Assembly (NCBI RefSeq): GCF_001194135.2
Contig: NC_069005.1
Coordinates: 20,765,988-20,829,987, forward strand
Reading direction: 5' to 3'
DNA length: 64,000 nucleotides
Source of the DNA: Octopus bimaculoides
Lineage: Eukaryota
Shown here: positions 1-15,331 of the stretch, piece after piece
Layout of the letters: the number at the start of each line of letters is the position of its first letter
Numbering within the stretch: the first letter of the stretch is position 1
Notes under the pieces: generated by a model
Database searches by the model: none
Told to the model about the DNA's origin: nothing
The model's input: only the letters and a program-made list of their open reading frames with translations
Position numbers and translations under genes: made by a program

Positions 1-820
1 CACACGCACACACAGACATACATACATACATATATATAATTTTGGTCAAGTCAGCCTCCACTTGCTACTCTGAGATTCACCTGTAAGCACACAGGATCTT
101 CAAGATATATATATATATATAGATATATATTCATATATACATACATACACATACACATATACAAAGGTGTGCACCATATCTATGCATGAGGATACATATC
201 ACAGGCATCTATAAAAGAGTTAGATGGTGACATGTATAAGGAGTGTGTGTGTGTCTGTGTGTGTGTGCACGCATATGGGTCTGTATGGAAGTGGCTGCAG
301 GTTGAATAATTAGTAAGAGAAAGGGTAAGAATTGTATCTGAATATGAATGGATTAGTGGTCATACTAATTTTGGTGAAAAATGTTACTGAAAGGACTTCT
401 TTGTGCATTGAAAATTTGTATAGAACATACAACCATTTCATTCTCTCTCACATAAGCATTCCGTCTGGTAGCATCCCTTCCACACTATTTCTGCCTCTCT
501 TGCTTATATCAACCACTGTTTTTCAACCCTATCTATTTCTACTCACTCTCTCCTTCCTTTCTCATCCTTTCCCTACTTTCTCCTGGCTATCTACTCTACT
601 AGTTATATTCCACCAACAGCTACCTCCACCCACACCATCACCTACTATTGGCTTATATACTATTCACACCCATTATTTATCTACATGCCATCTTATAAAC
701 GCATATACCTGTAGAAGTGTATCTTCTTGTATGCTTATGACATCTATCTCTGTGCACAAATTTCTACTGTTTATATTTTACTAAGCTTTCCTTGTATTGT
801 TTCTATACTTCACACATAAA

Positions 821-952
821 TATTATGTTTTACTTATATCATAAGCCTTATATATTATGTTTTACTTATATCATAAGCCTTATATATTATGTTTTACTTA
901 TATCATAAGCCTTATATATTATGTTTTACTTATATCATAAGCCTTATATATT
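821..952 (+). repeat. Four exact copies of a 32-bp AT-rich unit
   Basis: TATTATGTTTTACTTATATCATAAGCCTTATA starts at 821, 853, 885 and 917. Confidence 0.95.
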
Positions 953-1142
953 CTAGATGTCAGTTACTTTACAATATTATGTTACTCAGAGTTTTAAAGT
1001 TATCCTTATTTATGGAAATGCAACTCTGAGAAATGGAAATGGTGTAAACTGGGACCGTAATCTTATAAATCAAATAAAAGTACTGAGTGCTACTTTAATG
1101 TGTTTGGTTTTTGCTTTTTCCATGTATGTAATCTCTCTTATA

Positions 1143-1186
<44 letters not shown>

Positions 1187-1414
1187 TTTAACATCCGCTT
1201 TCCATGCTAGCATGGGTTATATATATGTATCATCTGAAGGTTTTGAGTTTAATCCCCACTACATCAGGAGGACACCTAGGAGTCACTACCTAGGTGGGCC
1301 TGGGTAGTCAGGAACTAACAGGTTGAAACACTTGTCTGATGGGAGTTCTTCTGAAGATTTCTCCTACTGTCTGCTTTCCCTGTAGCTTACTATCACTCAC
1401 TCAATCAATCAATG

Positions 1415-1446
<32 letters not shown>

Positions 1447-1737
1447 TGTATGTATGTATGTATGTGTGTATGTTTGTGTGTGCATGTGTGTATATATAAT
1501 GTATATATGTGTGTGTGTGTATGTATACACACACACACACACACATTGTATTACGAAGCTGAAAAATCCCATGTTACAACTATTAGATTCTCATTCATTC
1601 CTGATGCTCAGGTACTTGGGAAAATGGTATGTGAAATTATTTGTTATAACTTGTATATTTTCATCTTTGAAATAAGCAGGGTAATCTATTTCTTAAGCAC
1701 TTTTTTTTCGTTTCTGGAAACATAAACAGTTTCGGAG

Positions 1738-1776
<39 letters not shown>

Positions 1777-2646
1777 CCATCATTTTTACAACTGCTTTCC
1801 ATGCTAGTATGAAACATACATATATACACATTTATGTTTATCTGTGCATGTGTGTGTGTGTGTGTGTGTATGTATGTGTGTGTGTGTGAGGGAGAGAGTC
1901 TAAATATCACATATTGATTTCAAACAACCAGTTATAAATTATAAAGTGTTGTCATGTGATCTACTGGTACTCTTAAAACTGGTAGTTGCCAGTATTTCAT
2001 TGATCCACACAACACAGTCATATCGATGGTAACCATGGCGTCCTGTGATGTTTGCAGGGAAGTCTTTGTGTGTTTGTGTATGTGGCAAATGTATGTGTAT
2101 GTATGCATGTATGTATGGGCATTTTGGAATATAATTACATGTTTGTTTAAGTATGTTATTACACTTGTCTGGATATATCATTATCTCTGTACCTTGGATG
2201 GTGGTGGTTGTGTTGGGCATAGATCTGTTTCTTGACAAAGGGTATTGGTACCTTGGGTATGTGTTTGAGTGTTTTGAGTAGAGTTCAATCAATGTATACT
2301 GTAAATATTTGGTACCTTGTTAAAAGCAGTTGTTGCTTTGCAGTAGCATCAGTGTACACTCTCTGTTTAACTATGTACATTAGTATGATCTTTGGAATAG
2401 TTCCTTGCTAAGTATATCAGAACAGGTGTAGATGTAGTCAGTATTGCCAATTAAGGTTTCAATCTGTATCTTGGTTTAATCAGGACTGCCCTTGTAAATG
2501 GGTTAACTTGGGTAAGTGTATTGACCACATTGGTACTCTCGGTATATCCAGTTGATGGCCACCACACTTGATAAATCACAACAAAAGTGTCATTCAGAAC
2601 GCAAAGGTTTATGTTATTTGTTGGTCTGATCCTTTCTGTCTTCTCC

Positions 2647-2726
2647 TCATTTGAAAATGTGTAAGTTGTATAAGCTGAAGCCCATTCTACCTTGCAATGC
2701 ACAGTAGATGTACACCACATGGTACA
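2647..2726 (-). CDS. TMEM134: TMEM134 last coding exon (YHVVYIYCALQGRMGFSLYNLHIFK*), followed by 3' UTR toward lower coordinates
   Basis: Acceptor ttttttgtcatctgtttcAG and stop TGA at 2649-2647. The real frame differs from that of the 89-aa ORF 2451..2720 in the track. A possible ATTAAA signal lies at 2479-2474(-); the end of the UTR cannot be determined. Confidence 0.93.
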
Positions 2727-5700
2727 CTGAAACAGATGACAAAAAATGATTATATGTTCACAATTTTTATCTATCTACAGTGTGATTCAAAAGTCATCAT
2801 CCATAAGAACAATTTATTTTTTATAAGAAACAATTTTTTTTTATTTAACCATTTCTTATAAAAAAAAAATTAATACTACATATATATNNNNNNNNNNNNN
2901 NNNNNNNNNNNNNNNNNNNNNNNNNNNNNNNNNNNNNNNNNNNNNNNNNNNNNNNNNNNNNNNNNNNNNNNNNNNNNNNNNNNNNNNNNNNNNNNNNNNN
3001 NNNNNNNNNNNNNNNNNNNNNNNNNNNNNNNNNNNNNNNNNNNNNNNNNNNNNNNNNNNNNNNNNNNNNNNNNNNNNNNNNNNNNNNNNNNNNNNNNNNN
3101 NNNNNNNNNNNNNNAACAAGGATATCCAGAGGTAATGCAGTCCGATCGTTTCATGCAACTCCATTTAATTGAACAATGCAATCATTACATCAATTTAAAA
3201 TGCAGAGCAATCTTCAGCTGCACAAAGACATAGAATTTAATTAAATTAAAACAGATGGACACATTAGTATAATTTTACTTAAAATCTCCAAGAAGTTAAG
3301 GAGATAGACAAAGAACATGCTGTCGATGCCTCTTTTTATCATCTATTATAATTCCATTCACATCTATGATTCATTATAAGAAGAATATAAATCAACCCCA
3401 TTACTTGACTAATCCTCCTCATCATCATCATTATCAGCAGCATCACTTAACGTTCATTTTCCATGCTGGTATAGGTTGGACTGTTTGACTGGAGCTGGTA
3501 AGCTGCATCAGATCCAGTCTGTTTTGGCTTGATTTCTACAGCTGGATGCCCTTCCTAATGCCAAACACTTTACAGTATGTGCTGGGTGCTTTTTATGTGT
3601 CACTGACATGGGTGACCTTTACATGTTACTGGCACAGGTGCCTTTTACATGTCAACGGCATGGATGTCTTTCATGTGTCACCAGCACTGGCCACGACCAT
3701 GATTTCACTTAGCTTGATATGTCTTCTCAAACACAGCAAATCGCCAGAAGTCTCAGTCACTTGTCATTGCCTGTGTGAGACACTTATCAAATCTGAAATG
3801 AACAGCAAAGTTGACCTCAACAGGGTTTGAAATCAGAAGGTAAAAGATTGTGACCAAATACCATAAGCCATATTGTATGAACACTAGAGCTTCACAATTA
3901 AATCGATTCAAATATGAATTATGTTTCTGTAAAAATAGTCTAGTAAAGGACCTCCCTCACAACACCAGTCATTATTTTTTTCCTTTACTCTTTCAAATTC
4001 AATAATCTATAATTGGATGGTTGGAATGGTTTGTGTTCTGAAACAATTGTTCTTTACATTTGGTTAGATTTCCCTAACTTTCTACCACCAACCACTGAAC
4101 TATGATGCAGGGAGTTAGTGGGACCTGTTTTTGTAGTTGGATGTGATCCCTTCTTGCTGAAGTATGGGAGTGGTGGGATTTGCTTTCACAGCTGGATCAA
4201 AGTCCCTTCTTACTCTTCAAACGAATTATATAACTTAAGCTCTGATGAAGGATGGAATTTTATCGAACAAGACTTACCTCCAGGAATAAAGCATATAAGT
4301 CCAGCAATGAACAATACAACACTGTGTGATGCTGCAGAAGGAAAGAAATTAAACATCATTTATTGAGGCATTGTATTAAATAAAAACATGTTTTGTGTTG
4401 TTTTATTTGTAGCAAGTTAGAAAATTTTTTTTAATAAAAGCGAGTTGTAGTTTGCTTGAAGCATTGTAGTACAGATGTAAAATAATAAATGAAATGAGAA
4501 ACAAGGTAAGCATATCCCAGTGCATCTCCCTCACTATCCTCTTGGGCAACGCCTTTTCCATTTTGTCTGCTGGTGCTATGAGGAATTGTGAGAGGTAAGA
4601 TTCTCCATTAAAAGATAAAAGTTATCTACATATTTGTTTATCTCTCATGTCATATAAATATATATATATGGCATATACACACATGAATATACATATGTAT
4701 GAATATATAAGCACACACATACACGCACATATATCTATAAAGAGATATTTAAAGAAAAGAGGAAAGCTTCTAAAAAAGCAGAAAGTTTATAAAACCTTTA
4801 TATTAAGAAACAAACTCCTAACCACACAGATATGTCTGCACATGAGGTTTCACACACACACAAACACAGATGTGACAGCAATAACAGTGCCAAACAGTGT
4901 TTAGGCATAAGTGAACTTTAAGTTAGTTAAAATATGTTTGTGACATATTGTGAATTTGCCTTTAGAAGTTGAAATATGTCACAGACATATTTTAACTAAC
5001 CTAAAGTTCACATATCTCGCTCTCTATGTATGTATGTGTATATATATATANNNNNNNNNNNNNNNNNNNNNNNNNNNNNNNNNNNNNNNNNNNNNNNNNN
5101 NNNNNNNNNNNNNNNNNNNNNNNNNNNNNNNNNNNNNNNNNNNNNNNNNNNNNNNNNNNNNNNNNNNNNNNNNNNNNNNNNNNNNNNNNNNNNNNNNNNN
5201 NNNNNNNNNNNNNNNNNNNNNNNNNNNNNNNNNNNNNNNNNNNNNNNNNNNNNNNNNNNNNNNNNNNNNNNNNNNNNNNNNNNNNNNNNNNNNNNNNNNN
5301 NNNNNNNNNNNNNNNNNNNNNNNNNNNNNNNNNNNNNNNNNNNNNNNNNNNNNNNNNNNNNNNNNNNNNNNNNNNNNNNNNNNNNNNNNNNNNNNNNNNN
5401 NNNNNNNNNNNNNNNNNNNNNNNNNNNNNNNNNNNNNNNNNNNNNNNNNNNNNNNNNNNNNNNNNNNNNNNNNTATATATATATATATATATGTACATAT
5501 GTATATGAGTGTGTGTGTTTAGGGGTTTGTTTACACAAAATTTCACCCACAAGGAATTGGTTATTTTGAGGCTATTGTAGAACAAACTTGTCCAAAGAAT
5601 AAGTACTGAGGGATCAAACTGGACGTAAGCTGGTGATGAAGTGAAGTTAACCACACAGTCAGCCTTTGCCAGGAATGTAACTTTGAGCATATTATAGTTA

Positions 5701-6013
5701 TTATAGTTTGCCTTATGGAGTCCTTTTGTAAGAGTTTTATTCTTCAGCTACAAGCCTGGAGGAATGTGTGTCTACTAGGAAGTCTTTTAATTACTGTGTG
5801 TGTGTGTGTGTGTTTGTGTGTCTTAGGCATGTTGATGCAAACTGGAAAAATAGAACTCAAAATATGAGTATATGTATATTTTTATTAATATTTAGCTGAA
5901 GCAACAAACTGGTCCAAGGGCCGAGAATTCTGATTGCTTCATAATTACCAACACATGAAACTCTTGGTACATGAGTCACTCTGTTACTTCTGCTAAATAC
6001 ATACATACACACA

Positions 6014-6062
<49 letters not shown>

Positions 6063-8482
6063 TTGGAAATGGATGCACAGCGTTCAATTAAATAATAATA
6101 TAAATAATATATACATACATACATACATACATGCATACATATATGGGTACAGGACATCACCAACTGTGTAAACAACATGAAGTACAAAAACAAATGAGTT
6201 AAATATGCAAACAAGAGAAACAAATGGAAAACAGGATAAGTAACATAAAGACCGACCCTTCATCATTTGTCGGCTGTCTATCTACTCCTAATTTCGAGCA
6301 TTCAATGACAATATGAGTTGTCGAAGACAGTTGCTCCCATAAATTCCAAAATAAAATTTTGGATTTCTGGAGGGTCAAAGTTGGGAACAAAAACAGGACA
6401 GTAGAGACATACAAGGAAGCTGAAAAAATAACAAACATGAAGGGTCATAATGAGAGGAAAATAATGAATGCTGGGAGAAATATCTTCTTTGAAAAGAGAA
6501 AAGATAGAAGAGAGAGAGAGAGAAGACATCCAGTCCTTAGAATGATGTGCAAGAAAAGAAAGATGATAACGTGTGTGCAATGAGAGAGAGAAAAACAGAA
6601 AGAAAGAGACAGAGAGAGGGAGAGACAAACAGAAAATGGTGAACGGAAGAAAAGGGTATTAGAGTAGAATGGGAATGCTCGAAATGAGGAGTAGATAGAC
6701 AACCAGCAACTGATGAATGGTCATTCTTTCTGTTACTTGTCCTATTTTCAATTTTTTCTCTTGTTGTTTGCATATTTAACTTGTTTGTTTTCGTACTTCA
6801 TGTTGTTTACACAGTTGGTGATGTCCTGTACCCATATATGCATACATATATATACATACATATATACATATATATATATAAATATACATATAAATATACA
6901 TNNNNNNNNNNNNNNNNNNNNNNNNNNNNNNNNNNNNNNNNNNNNNNNNNNNNNNNNNNNNNNNNNNNNNNNNNNNNNNNNNNNNNNNNNNNNNNNNNNN
7001 NNNNNNNNNNNNNNNNNNNNNNNNNNNNNNNNNNNNNNNNNNNNNNNNNNNNNNNNNNNNNNNNNNNNNNNNNNNNNNNNNNNNNNNNNNNNNNNNNNNN
7101 NNNNNNNNNNNNNNNNNNNNNNNNNNNNNNNNNNNNNNNNNNNNNNNNNNNNNNNNNNNNNNNNNNNNNNNNNNNNNNNNNNNNNNNNNNNNNNNNNNNN
7201 NNNNNNNNNNNNNNNNNNNNNNNNNNNNNNNNNNNNNNNNNNNNNNNNNNNNNNNNNNNNNNNNNNNNNNNNNNNNNNNNNNNNNNNNNNNNNNNNNNNN
7301 NNNNNNNNNNNNNNNNNNNNNNNNNNNNNNNNNNNNNNNNNNNNNNNNNNNNNNNNNNNNNNNNNNNNNNNNNNNNNNNNNNNNNNNNNNNNNNNNNNNN
7401 NNNNNNNNNNNNNNNNNNNNNNNNNNNNNNNNNNNNNNNNNNNNNNNNNNNNNNNNNNNNNNNNNNNNNNNNNNNNNNNNNNNNNNNNNNNNNNNNNNNN
7501 NNNNNNNNNNNNNNNNNNNNNNNNNNNNNNNNNNNNNNNNNNNNNNNNNNNNNNNCACAATTATGAATACAACAAGAAATAACAACAGGCGTCTTTCGAC
7601 TGAGAACGGTTCAAATTGAGCTGGCGTGTATGAAGTGAAAACCTAAAGGCAGGAACATGAGAGATGGACACAAGACGTGTTGGCAGTCAGGCCAAGAAAA
7701 AAAGATCATGCATGACCGGACACTGGTCACGTGGAAGGAGGAGAGATGGGTAGGGGACAGCGGGATTGAGGATTAGAAAAAAAGTCAGAAACAAAGGGAA
7801 ACGTACAAGGGAGATAGACAAGTGGGAAATAGTGGGAGTTAAAGAAAGAGAGGGCCAAAAATGTGAGAGAGGGGGAGCAAGAGAAAGGAAGAAAAATGAG
7901 AGGGGGAATAAAAGATAGAGTAAGTAAGAGTCGTACAAAACTTAGATACATACCTACTATAAGGTGAGATATATATATGTATAAATATATATATATGTAT
8001 ATAAATGTATGTACACATCCTTTTGTTGTTTACACCACCTGTCCTCGTCTGTTGTTGTTTTTTTTGTAAATTCTCCCACTCATAAGTGTCAATGACAAAA
8101 TAAGTGCTCAATACTACATTGGTGGATATAATTTCCTTATTTGTGAATTAAGGCTACCATTGGTTCCATGTTGAGAAAAGTAGGAAAATATCCAAGTGTC
8201 TTCACAATTTTTCCAACATGGAGGAAAACACCTTTCTGCATGTGATCAGCTTGAAAAATTGTTTAGACACTAGGATATTTTCCTACTTTACTTAATATGA
8301 AACCAATATACTCTATAAAGTGGTTGGCACTAGGAAGGGCATCCAGCCATAGAAACCATGTGAAAACAGACACTAGAGCTTGCTGCAGTCCTGTCATTTG
8401 CCATCTCCTACCAAACCATCCAACCCAAGCCAGCATGGAAAACGGAAGTTAAATGATGATGATGAATGATATGTGTGTGTGT

Positions 8483-8529
<47 letters not shown>

Positions 8530-10843
8530 TGTGTAGTGACTGGATGAAGGAAGGTGGGTGATACCAATGAGATCTTGTTCAAAATGTGTGGGCTTACCTT
8601 TTATTGATATGGCTACAGATAAACCTGCCAGGAGGAGTGCTGAAACAGAAATAAAACATGTCAAAATATACCAGTGAGTTGTATTAACAATTTACTATAA
8701 TAACACAACAATGATGTCTCTACTCAACAGGATCTCATGCTTACACTTAACAAGATTCTCACTCACCAGATCCAATTAGTGTCAAAGCTATGGATCCAAG
8801 GACAACTTTCCAGTTTTCACGAATTTTGGGATGTTTATACCAACTGAAATATAAAATTGGATTGAGTTTGTTTTTGCAGCTCAATATTAATAATACTCAT
8901 TTTAAGCAGCTTAATCATTCCTAAAATGTCATATTGCTTTACATAGAATTACACTGTGAAACAAAATTTTTATTTATTTTTTGCTGAGCAAGTGTTACTT
9001 CCTATTTGCTTTTATCTAGAAATCAAAGGAAATGACTACTATTCCCTTCAAACATTGTATTTGTGATCTAGACATCAATGTTTTGAAACTGACCTGTTTT
9101 CCATTACATTTCAAACAGATTCAGCACTGAGTTGCTGAAGCAGAAATAGCATTATAGCAAATATTTTGCTCAGTACTACAGATTTGCTTGTCACTTGCTT
9201 GTCCTTAACCACTTGAGCATGTCTCTTAGTGGCTGACAATATGTGCATCTTTGAGGAGTAGTGGGGGAGCATCATAGCCATGTGTTGAGAGGGATTCTTT
9301 GGGGTTTAAATAAATGTAACAAAAGCAAAGTTTGAAGGAAATGTTAGCCATTTTTTAGTACTTTTTGAGAGTAAACAAGTGTGAAATAATGGTTGCTACC
9401 CAAAGACAAAAACCATGTTAAATAGTGTTATTATATTCCCATTTGTAATTAATTAAAAGTAAAACAGTATTATCATTATAGTCCCAGTAAAGATTTGCTT
9501 TGTGTAATGATTCTTTGTGTAATGATTCTTTGTGTAATTACATTTAATGATTTCACTACAGATACATACACAAGCTTTTATATGTTTTTTCCCAGGTGCA
9601 AATAAGGGATTTCTGGCTGCATTTTTATGTTGCATTATCCATTGGGATAATTTAGAATCAGTATCCTTTTTATTTCATCTTGCCATCGTCCTCTGGCATC
9701 AATTTCTTTGGATAGCACTTGAAATTCAACCAGCATTTATATAGTGGTGGAACTACTGGTAATTGTTACTTAAGGGAAGGGAATTGCTTCTAAGTTTATT
9801 TTCCTTATACTAAGAAATCATTATCAAAGAGTGAAAAGAGCATACATATATTTCCATATAATTCTTTTATTTTTTTCATGCAATAAGACACTTGAAGTCT
9901 CTGGTAGCCATGGACAGTACTATTTTGTCCTCTTTCTGGACTCTTCAGCACAGCATAACTCCAGATTTTAAGATTAGTTAATCTAAATTCACTTTAAAAT
10001 TTCCTTATTTTTTCTTCCTCTAACAGATGAGAAAAGAGGGGAGAAAAAACATTTTACATGTTTTTGAAATTATTATTATTATTATAAGCATATTCACTGT
10101 AAATATACAAATGAAAATTTTTTATATCAATTCTTATTTTAAATCAATGATCTTATATTGAAAATTAGTTTTCATTTCAAGAATTTGTATAAGCACCATG
10201 AAATTAAAAAAAAGTAAAATTATAATTATTTAGAGCAGATATACTATTGAAAAACAGCTAAATTATGGTATTCATCTCAAGAAAGCTTCTACTATAGATG
10301 TACAGTGTTAAAAAATACAGAAATACATCAGTAGCAGGCAAAAATCAGGTAGCAGCAGGCATTGCTTCTTTGAGCAAATATCTAGGGTACCAGATGATAA
10401 CTGAAAGAAACAGAAATACATATTTAACAATGCTACTGCCATTACTGGATGATTTTCATATCCTACTTATATATTTTTGAGTTTTTTAACATTATGTCTA
10501 TAAGAGATGCTTTATTGAGACGTATACTACAGTTTAGTAAACTTTCAACAGTACATCTGTTTTAAGTATGATATACAGATTGCTATATATATATATATAT
10601 ATNNNNNNNNNNNNNNNNNNNNNNNNNNNNNNNNNNNNNNNNNNNNNNNNNNNNNNNNNNNNNNNNNNNNNNNNNNNNNNNNNNNNNNNNNNNNNNNNNN
10701 NNNNNNNNNNNNNNNNNNNNNNNNNNNNNNNNNNNNNNNNNNNNNNNNNNNNNNNNNNNNNNNNNNNNNNNNNNNNNNNNNNNNNNNNNNNNNNNNNNNN
10801 NNNNNNNNNNNNNNNNNNNNNNNNNNNNNNNNNNNNNNNNNNN

Positions 10844-10887
<44 letters not shown>

Positions 10888-11651
10888 AAGCACATACATA
10901 CACACACACACATATATAGAGTGAATTATCAGTTTTGTATGAATATATATATATGCATGTATATAAATATGTGTGTGTATATATATCTTTTATCTTTTAC
11001 TAGTTTCATTCATGGGACCATGCTTGAAGGATGTAATCAAACAAGTCAACCCTAACACATATTTTTAAGTCTAGTACTTATTCTACCATTATCCGTGCAT
11101 CTATCTTACAAAACTGTGCATCTATTAAATAACCTACAATATTTACTTGATGGTAGGAAATGCTTTAGGACATGAAAAACTTTCCCAATATATTTGTGAC
11201 TACCAGGTCCCTGTATAGAATATTATACCATGTAACCTGTCTTAACCTTTTAGTGTTCAAATTACTCTATCAAATGTAATGCTTATTTATTTACATTGTT
11301 TCTTCAATTAATCATGCATTATCTCATAGCTTAGAGATTTTGATATGTAACTGTTTATTTTTAGAATTGTTGAGTTGGTGTGAGAGCCTGGGTCTGGCTA
11401 GTTTAAACATGAAACTGGTAGAATATTTTGAAGGATATGGCTGGTTTAAATGCTAAGGGTTAGGTAAGCTTTCTAGGATTAATATTATAGCTGATATTGC
11501 CCTACACAGCCCTATGTATATTGTTATTAGTAATGTTGTGAGGAGAAGCACATTCAATTTCTGGGTCTGAGTTATTTATAATTTTTAGCCTTATTTTTTA
11601 TACGCTTTGTTCTTTTCGTTATTCCTATTACTTTCCTATTAATATTATTAC

Positions 11652-11705
<54 letters not shown>

Positions 11706-12526
11706 CTTTTGCCTCCTACATCTGTTTTTTGCTTTGTCAATTCTATGTAGTTTTCTTTCATCCATATCTATAAATACTATTATTATTATTATTTTGGCTT
11801 GGCTCAGGTTTGGTCTTATTCCTGGTAGGATTTATGCAGGTAGCGGGTTACTACCTGTAACCTTAGGATATCCACAAGTTTTCAGCAGTCTTTCAAGTGC
11901 TTAGAACTCTCCTGATAATCCTTGCTGCCCCTAAGAGACAAACTTTCTGTAAGAGCACTGCCAGGCATTCTATTCCAATCTCCTTCAGCCATTTGTCTAT
12001 ATCTTAGCTTACTGTTCCCAACACACCAGTTATTATAGGCATGACCTTTACTGTTGTTATGTTCCAAATTCTTCCTATTTCAAATTTTAAGGGATAGTAT
12101 TTTTTGGGTTTTTCATCCTCTTTTTTTTATGATCCTGGAATCAAACGGGCATGATGGGTTGATCAGTAAGCAACTTTGCTTTTCCTTATCTATAATTGTT
12201 ATTTCTGGTCCATTATGTTCTAACTTCTTGTCTGTTTGAATAAGAAAGTCCCACAAAATCATACATTTCTCTGACTCCAATACTCTTTCAACTCAGAGAT
12301 TGCACCATGTGTTTCCAGCTTCAAATCCCTATTTCTGACATAGCTTCAAATCCCTATTTCTGACATATTCTTCCTATGCCTACTTGGGGCATTCTTCCAC
12401 AATGTGTGCCACTGTCTTGTTCAACTTCCACAGGTTCTACATTTTTCTGACACATTCTCTCCATCTATATTTTCTTTCATGTTGTTTGTTTATATTGCTT
12501 GATTTTGGGCTGCTACAATTAGGCAC

Positions 12527-12569
<43 letters not shown>

Positions 12570-12805
12570 AATTATTATCCTTATTCTAATTAAGGCCGTG
12601 ACCTGACAAAATCGTGAGCATGCTGGGCAATATGCTTAGCTGTATTTCGCTCATCTTTATGTTCTGAGTTCAAATTCTGCCGAGGTCAACTTTGCCTTTC
12701 ATCCTTTTGTGGTCGATGAAATAAGTATAAGTTGTACACTGGAGTCGATGTAATTGACTATCCCCTTCCCCAAAAATTTCAGGCCTAGTGCCTATAGTAG
12801 AAAGG

Positions 12806-12855
<50 letters not shown>

Positions 12856-13361
12856 TGTTATTATTATTATCATCATAAAAATCATTATTGTTAGTTTTGT
12901 TATGATCCATACACTGCTCCTTTGTTCTAATGCTCCAATTCACACTAAGTTTTCTCCCTTAGTTCCCATTGCTGTGCAGACCCCGCCCCATTTCATTATA
13001 ACTATTACTTGGAGTTTTTCCATTGTTGCTTACTGTTCTTCCTACATTGCTTTCTTATTATCAATAATAATTTCTTATTATTCATCCTATTAAAGTATGC
13101 CTAAGAATTTTTATTTTTATTGTTACCATAAGCCTTATCATTATTTATTCATTCCATTATTTCTATATCTTTATGTCACTTCTTAAATCTCCCCATTTGG
13201 AATATACTGAATTTTCTCCTCACAATCAGTCTCCAGCTAAAGCCTAATTGTAGTAGTAGTTAAATTTGTGTATTCAACCACCAGAAATTTGGCTGAAATT
13301 ATAGTGGCACACCATGCTAGCAAATTAAGACAGTTTGTTGAAATGAATTTAGCAAACCCAT

Positions 13362-13410
<49 letters not shown>

Positions 13411-15297
13411 GAAGAAGAAGAAGAAGAAGAAGCAGAAGAAGAAGAAGAAGAAGAAGGAGGAGGAGGAGGTGGTGGAGGAGGAGGAGGAGGAGAAGCAGAA
13501 GAAGAAGGCAAAGAAGAAGAAGAAGAAGAAGAAAAAGAAGAAGAAAGAAAAGAAGAAGAAGAAGAAGAAGAAGAAAGCAAAGAAGAAGAAGAATAAGAAA
13601 GTAAAGAAGAAGAAGAAGAAGAAACTAAAGGTATATATAATGAATCAGAGATATCCAGTTCAGGTAGGGATAGCTTGTGCATGTCAAATGTTTCATATCT
13701 CAATATAAAGGATGTTCTTAGTACTACACCTAATACTGAAAATAGATGGAATGTGAACCTTTCAGATAGAGAATCACTCAATGATAGGCTTAACCAATTG
13801 TGTAATTTTAGAAATAATCTAAACTGTTGAATAACCAGTACCTAAGAAAAAGCATAATCTATAAATGCTCAGTAACAACAGGGGAAAATATTTACTGTTA
13901 TATAGGTGCTTGTGCAACTAAATTCAAATCAAGATTATAAATATGTGTCTTCATTTAAATATTAAAAAAAATGAGAACGTCACTCCTTTAAGTAAAATTA
14001 TCTACAGCCTAAAAGCAAAGAACATAAGGGATGATATTAAATGGTTTACGATATGCAACATGCTATTGTATAATGGAGAGAAACTAAAGTGCAGCTTGTG
14101 CTTTGAGGAGAAACTGCTTATCCTTACACTTAACTCTAACATATTAAAAAAAAAGAATAATTACTGTTATACTGCACACATTTATTTAGAAGAACTTTTA
14201 AAACCTTCCCTAATAAACATAATACTGATAAATCAACTATATACTATTATAGGTTGGATCTGCCTTTTCTTGGTCCAGTGTATTTAGCATAGCTAGTATA
14301 ATTTAGTATATACAGTTATATTTATATAATTTCTAAGTATCTTAATTATTTTTTTATTAGTTTTTAATTATATCTAAAAAGTTTTTTAAGTACTTTAATC
14401 ATTTAGTTATCTTTAGAAATATTTTTTTAATTATTAATTAATTCTAGTTATATTTTTTTAAATAAAATTGTTTAATTCTTTATTTTTTAATTTTTAGAAT
14501 AATTTTAAAATAATTTTAAAATAATTTTTACATCCTCTTTTTAGGATTAACATACTTATACCATACTACATCATCTAATAAGTGACAAGAATTAATTAGA
14601 GTCTCCAATCTTTGATTTAATATAGTCTCTATCATTTGGAATTTTGTATTTTATATTTTTTTAAATTGCTTTATTTGATCTTTCTTATCCAATTCTGGAA
14701 TGTAATTGTTTGACTTTGCAATGGATTCCACAAGGGAAAAGACGATGTGGCTGACCAAAGGAAATGTGACAGAGAACAATAATAAAAGATCTTAAAAGCA
14801 GAAGGTTAACAATGGAACAAGCCATCAAGGATGCTTTTCAGTGTTAGAAGGTGCGATGATCTTGTCACCTCAAGTGCTACAAGGCACAGTGAGAACTGAA
14901 TCAATGAATTATCCCTAAAATATAGTCTTCTAGCATGTAATGGAATATTTTTTACACTAAGAGTTGCTGAAGTATGGAACAAACTGCTGGCATCAGTTGT
15001 TAGTTGTCGAAGCACTGCATCCTTCAAAACTTCCATGCTCCCTGAAATTCGCCAACACTACACCTGATTTTCTCCTCTCCATGCACACGCAAGCATGTAT
15101 CTGACTCATACACTGTTCACTTTCCAGACATTTGTACAATACTGCATATGCTTTATATGCACTTTTGACAAGTTGTAGTGCACCTGAGCACTGTATACAA
15201 TAATTTCATTATTATTTTATTCTCCTTAGTGAATACCACCTTTCTAATTTTCTTACTTTAGAATTCTCATTAATTCAGCTTGTCTTCACCTATTCAT

Positions 15298-15331
<34 letters not shown>

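Noticed and set aside
2451-2720. 89-aa ORF MWCTSTVH...
   Set aside because: An alternative frame over the last TMEM134 exon and its 3' UTR; the homologous frame is shifted.
10300-10410. Strong minus-strand acceptor tatttctgtttctttcAG near 10410
   Set aside because: No good donor follows, and the required frame hits TAG within six codons.
13268-13781. Poly-N/K/E and poly-S/Y ORFs
   Set aside because: Compound AAT/AAG microsatellite.
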